Under the pieces are notes generated by a model. The model saw only the letters and a list, made by a program, of their open reading frames with translations, was not told the DNA's origin and ran no database searches. DNA of 64,000 nt. It comes from the human T2T-CHM13v2.0 reference genome, Homo sapiens. Location: assembly GCF_009914755.1 (NCBI RefSeq), contig NC_060928.1; one strand, 5' to 3'. Both the position numbers and the translations under genes were made by a program. Shown here piece by piece: positions 61,456-64,000 of the stretch (position 1 is its first letter; each line of letters begins with the position of its first letter).

Positions 61456-62058
61456 TGTGCGTTATAAATAAAGCAATTTCTGTGTGTTAACCATGTCTTC
61501 TTATTGTCTGTATCCTGATGCTTTGATATTAAGGGCCTTGTGAATCTTGGAGCTATGGCCTCTTCCTCCTCTCTGAGTTAGCCAATCCCTGAAGACAGAA
61601 ATGGACTGCCCCTGGAGCATGTTTTTCAAATACAAATAATCCATTCCAGAGCCCACACCCTCAACAACCTCTTTTATCAGATGCTTACACTATGAGGCCG
61701 TTAGCCACCTGCCTTATCACTCCAGGGCGAGGTACCAGACAGCTATTAATAGGAGAGTCCCAATGTCCCGTAACCCACTGAAAGTATTCAAACGAACCAA
61801 TTCTAAACCTACTTACCCTGTTCCTCTCATTTCTTCCTGTGGAAATCATAATAAAGACTTTCACCCACCTTTCCATCTGCTCTCTCCATGCCACTCCCTT
61901 TGCCTCCTGACCAACCCTGGTCTTCCCTATGTGGCCCCTTGTGGCATGGCATGCTCCCCATTCTGGGATCTGTGGTATAACAATCTGTCTTTCCAATGGC
62001 AGTCATCATCTTATTTGTTGGCCTTGCCATAGCTAAATAATACCTACATTTTAAAACA
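61456..62058 (+). mobile_element. MER74-like ERVL solo LTR
   Basis: tg...ca ends; 'ccagagcccacaccctcaacaacctc...ccagggcgaggtaccagaca'; AATAAA at 61850-61855. Confidence 0.8.
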
Positions 62059-62644
62059 TCCTACCTTAAGATTTTAATATTGACTATAAGAATTTTCATG
62101 ACACTTTAGAGTTTATTAAACAAACATCTTATTGAAACTCTACCAGGTCTAAGACTACCCTAGGTTTCATATTGCTTTTCAAAATCGACAGGTCAGCCTT
62201 TGCCCTCAAAGGATTTATAATCTGGTTGTGACCATATCTTCAACTGAATAAAAGGGTAACAATTATTTAATATGTAATTATCTCCTCTTTTTATACTTGC
62301 TACCTCTTTAAGTGCATTTATGGCTTTGCATTTGCATAAATATAGTCAGGATTTGATTATTTGGCACAAACAAAGGCCATAGAGTAACTTATGTTAATTG
62401 AAGGATAATTCAAAAAGTATTTATATTGATAAAATTATAAAACAATTTTTTGGATACAAGATAAATCAGGAATGCAGCACTCAAGCAAATACAGAATTCA
62501 TTTGACAAATCCAAACTCAGAGAAATTTAATTAAGTTATTAATTAAAATAATGAAAAGAAATTTCTTAAGTTATTAAAGAAATAACTAAAGAAATTTCTT
62601 TAAGTTATTAAAGAAAGTTAATAACTTGCTCTGGAGGAATCTTC

Positions 62645-62802
62645 TTTTCTTTTAATAGAGACAGCATCTCACGCTATCACTCAGGCTAGAGTGCAGTAGA
62701 ACAATTATAGCTCACTGTGGCCTCAAACTCCTGGTATCAAATGATCCTTCCAGCTCAGCCTTGCGCGTAGTGGGACTCAGGTGTGCAACACCATTCTTGG
62801 CC
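62645..62802 (-). mobile_element. Free Alu monomer (FRAM/FAM-like)
   Basis: single ~160-bp arm; TSD gaatcttc at 62637-62644 and 62804-62811. Confidence 0.85.
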
Positions 62803-62876
62803 TGAATCTTCCCCTTTTTTGTACATCATTCTTTTGCATATGAATGCAAAAGATGAGCTATTTTAGCTTTATATTC

Positions 62877-63155
62877 CATATTAGTTTGCTAAGGCTGCCA
62901 TAACAAGGTACCACAGACAGGGTAGTTTAAGCAGCAGAAATTAATTTCCTCCCAATACTGGAGGTGAGAAATCTGAGATCAAGGTATTTTCAGGGTTGAT
63001 TCCTTCTGAGAGCTGCAAGGGAAAATCTGTTCCACACCTCTTTCCTTGCCTTGTACATGGCCATCTTCTCTCCGGGTCTTCATATTGTTTTCTCTCTGAG
63101 TCTGTGTCCAGATTTCCTCTAGAATCATCCTGGATTAGGGCCTACCTTAACCACC
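62877..63155 (-). mobile_element. MLT1A/B-like MaLR LTR fragment
   Basis: 'attagtttgctaaggctgccataacaaggtaccacagac...tctgagatcaaggt...ggattagggcctacctt'. Confidence 0.85.
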
Positions 63156-63164
63156 TTGCAATAC

Positions 63165-63886
63165 CTCAATCCATTGGTTTCAAGCTGGGGTTCCCCCAAA
63201 TCTCTCTTTGGATTTGATTAATTTGCTAAACCATCTAGGAGAACTCAGAGAAGCATGTTTACTGGTTTATTAGAAAGAATATTAGAAAGGATACAGATAA
63301 AGACATGCATAGGGTGAGGTATGGGGGAAAGGGTATGAAGCTTCCACACCCTTCCTGGCACACTCCACCCTCCAGGAGCCTCCATGTGTTCAGCTATCCA
63401 GAAGCTGTAAGAATCCTGTCCTCTTGGGCCTTTTATGGAGACTTCATTAGAGAGGCATGATTGATAACCATGTAGAAATTTGATTGGACAAGAAGGGCGT
63501 GATCTAATACTAATAGACTGACTGGGAAAACCCAGCAAGGCCTGTCCATTCAATGTCTTCTTGATCTCTCTGTGCAGCATTCCTTCATCATAGGTGTGGG
63601 GCAGGACCCTTTCTGAAATGGGAGTCTTGTGACCTACAATCAGACAAGGCAGGCTGTAAAATTTCTTTACAGCCAGCTCCCAAGACAGAAAAACAGGGGA
63701 AGACTCCAGCCTTGGAAAGAAAAAGAGCAGGTTAAAGGTGGACGGGAGAAGTTTAGAAAGAGACAGATTCTGTTTTCCAAGGCCTGTTTTTAAGGCCTAA
63801 AATGCCTCAACATCATAACAAGGGCCATAGAATCATGGATGAAAACCAATAGGCAGATACATAAATATATATATTATAATCTCACA
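63165..63886 (-). mobile_element. MER21-like LTR
   Basis: 'gattaatttgcta...gaactcag...catagggtgaggtatgggggaaaggg...gtgttcagctatccagaagct'. Confidence 0.85.
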
Positions 63887-64000
63887 CACCTGAATGTAAA
63901 TTTCCAGTCCATCCCTTACTCCTAGACTTCTAGACTTGTTCAACTTCTTTCAATAGTCTACTAAGCGACTAATATATGTCTCAAACTCAGCATGCTCCAA

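Noticed and set aside
63652-63674. 9-bp stem hairpin ggctgtaaa/tttacagcc in the MER21 LTR
   Set aside because: Too short to distinguish from chance.

Overview
AT-rich, CpG-poor primate genomic DNA, most likely human or hominoid (AluY and L1PA3/L1PA4-type elements are present). No intact protein-coding gene, tRNA, rRNA or CRISPR array is visible. A large part of the window is interspersed repeat: 10 Alus plus one free Alu monomer, MIR/L2, MER20/MER33, MER74, MLT1 and MER21 LTRs, and several L1s. The L1s include a ~15 kb stack of four nested elements (L1ME > L1MA > L1PA16 and a full-length L1PA4). The long ORFs in the track are L1 or Alu fragments. The main observation not explained by repeats is a heavily decayed, multi-exon leucine-rich-repeat (LRR) gene, or tandem set of genes, on the minus strand at ~33.2-61.2 kb. 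It was read by hand as LRRNT/LRR/LRRCT-like peptides broken by stops, frameshifts and old transposons, with several phase-compatible GT-AG introns. Other notable items are a perfect 50-bp-arm inverted repeat at 29272-29376 and several template-switch or repair scars inside repeats. Repeat subfamily calls are from remembered consensus features and most repeat boundaries are approximate. No database search was run.
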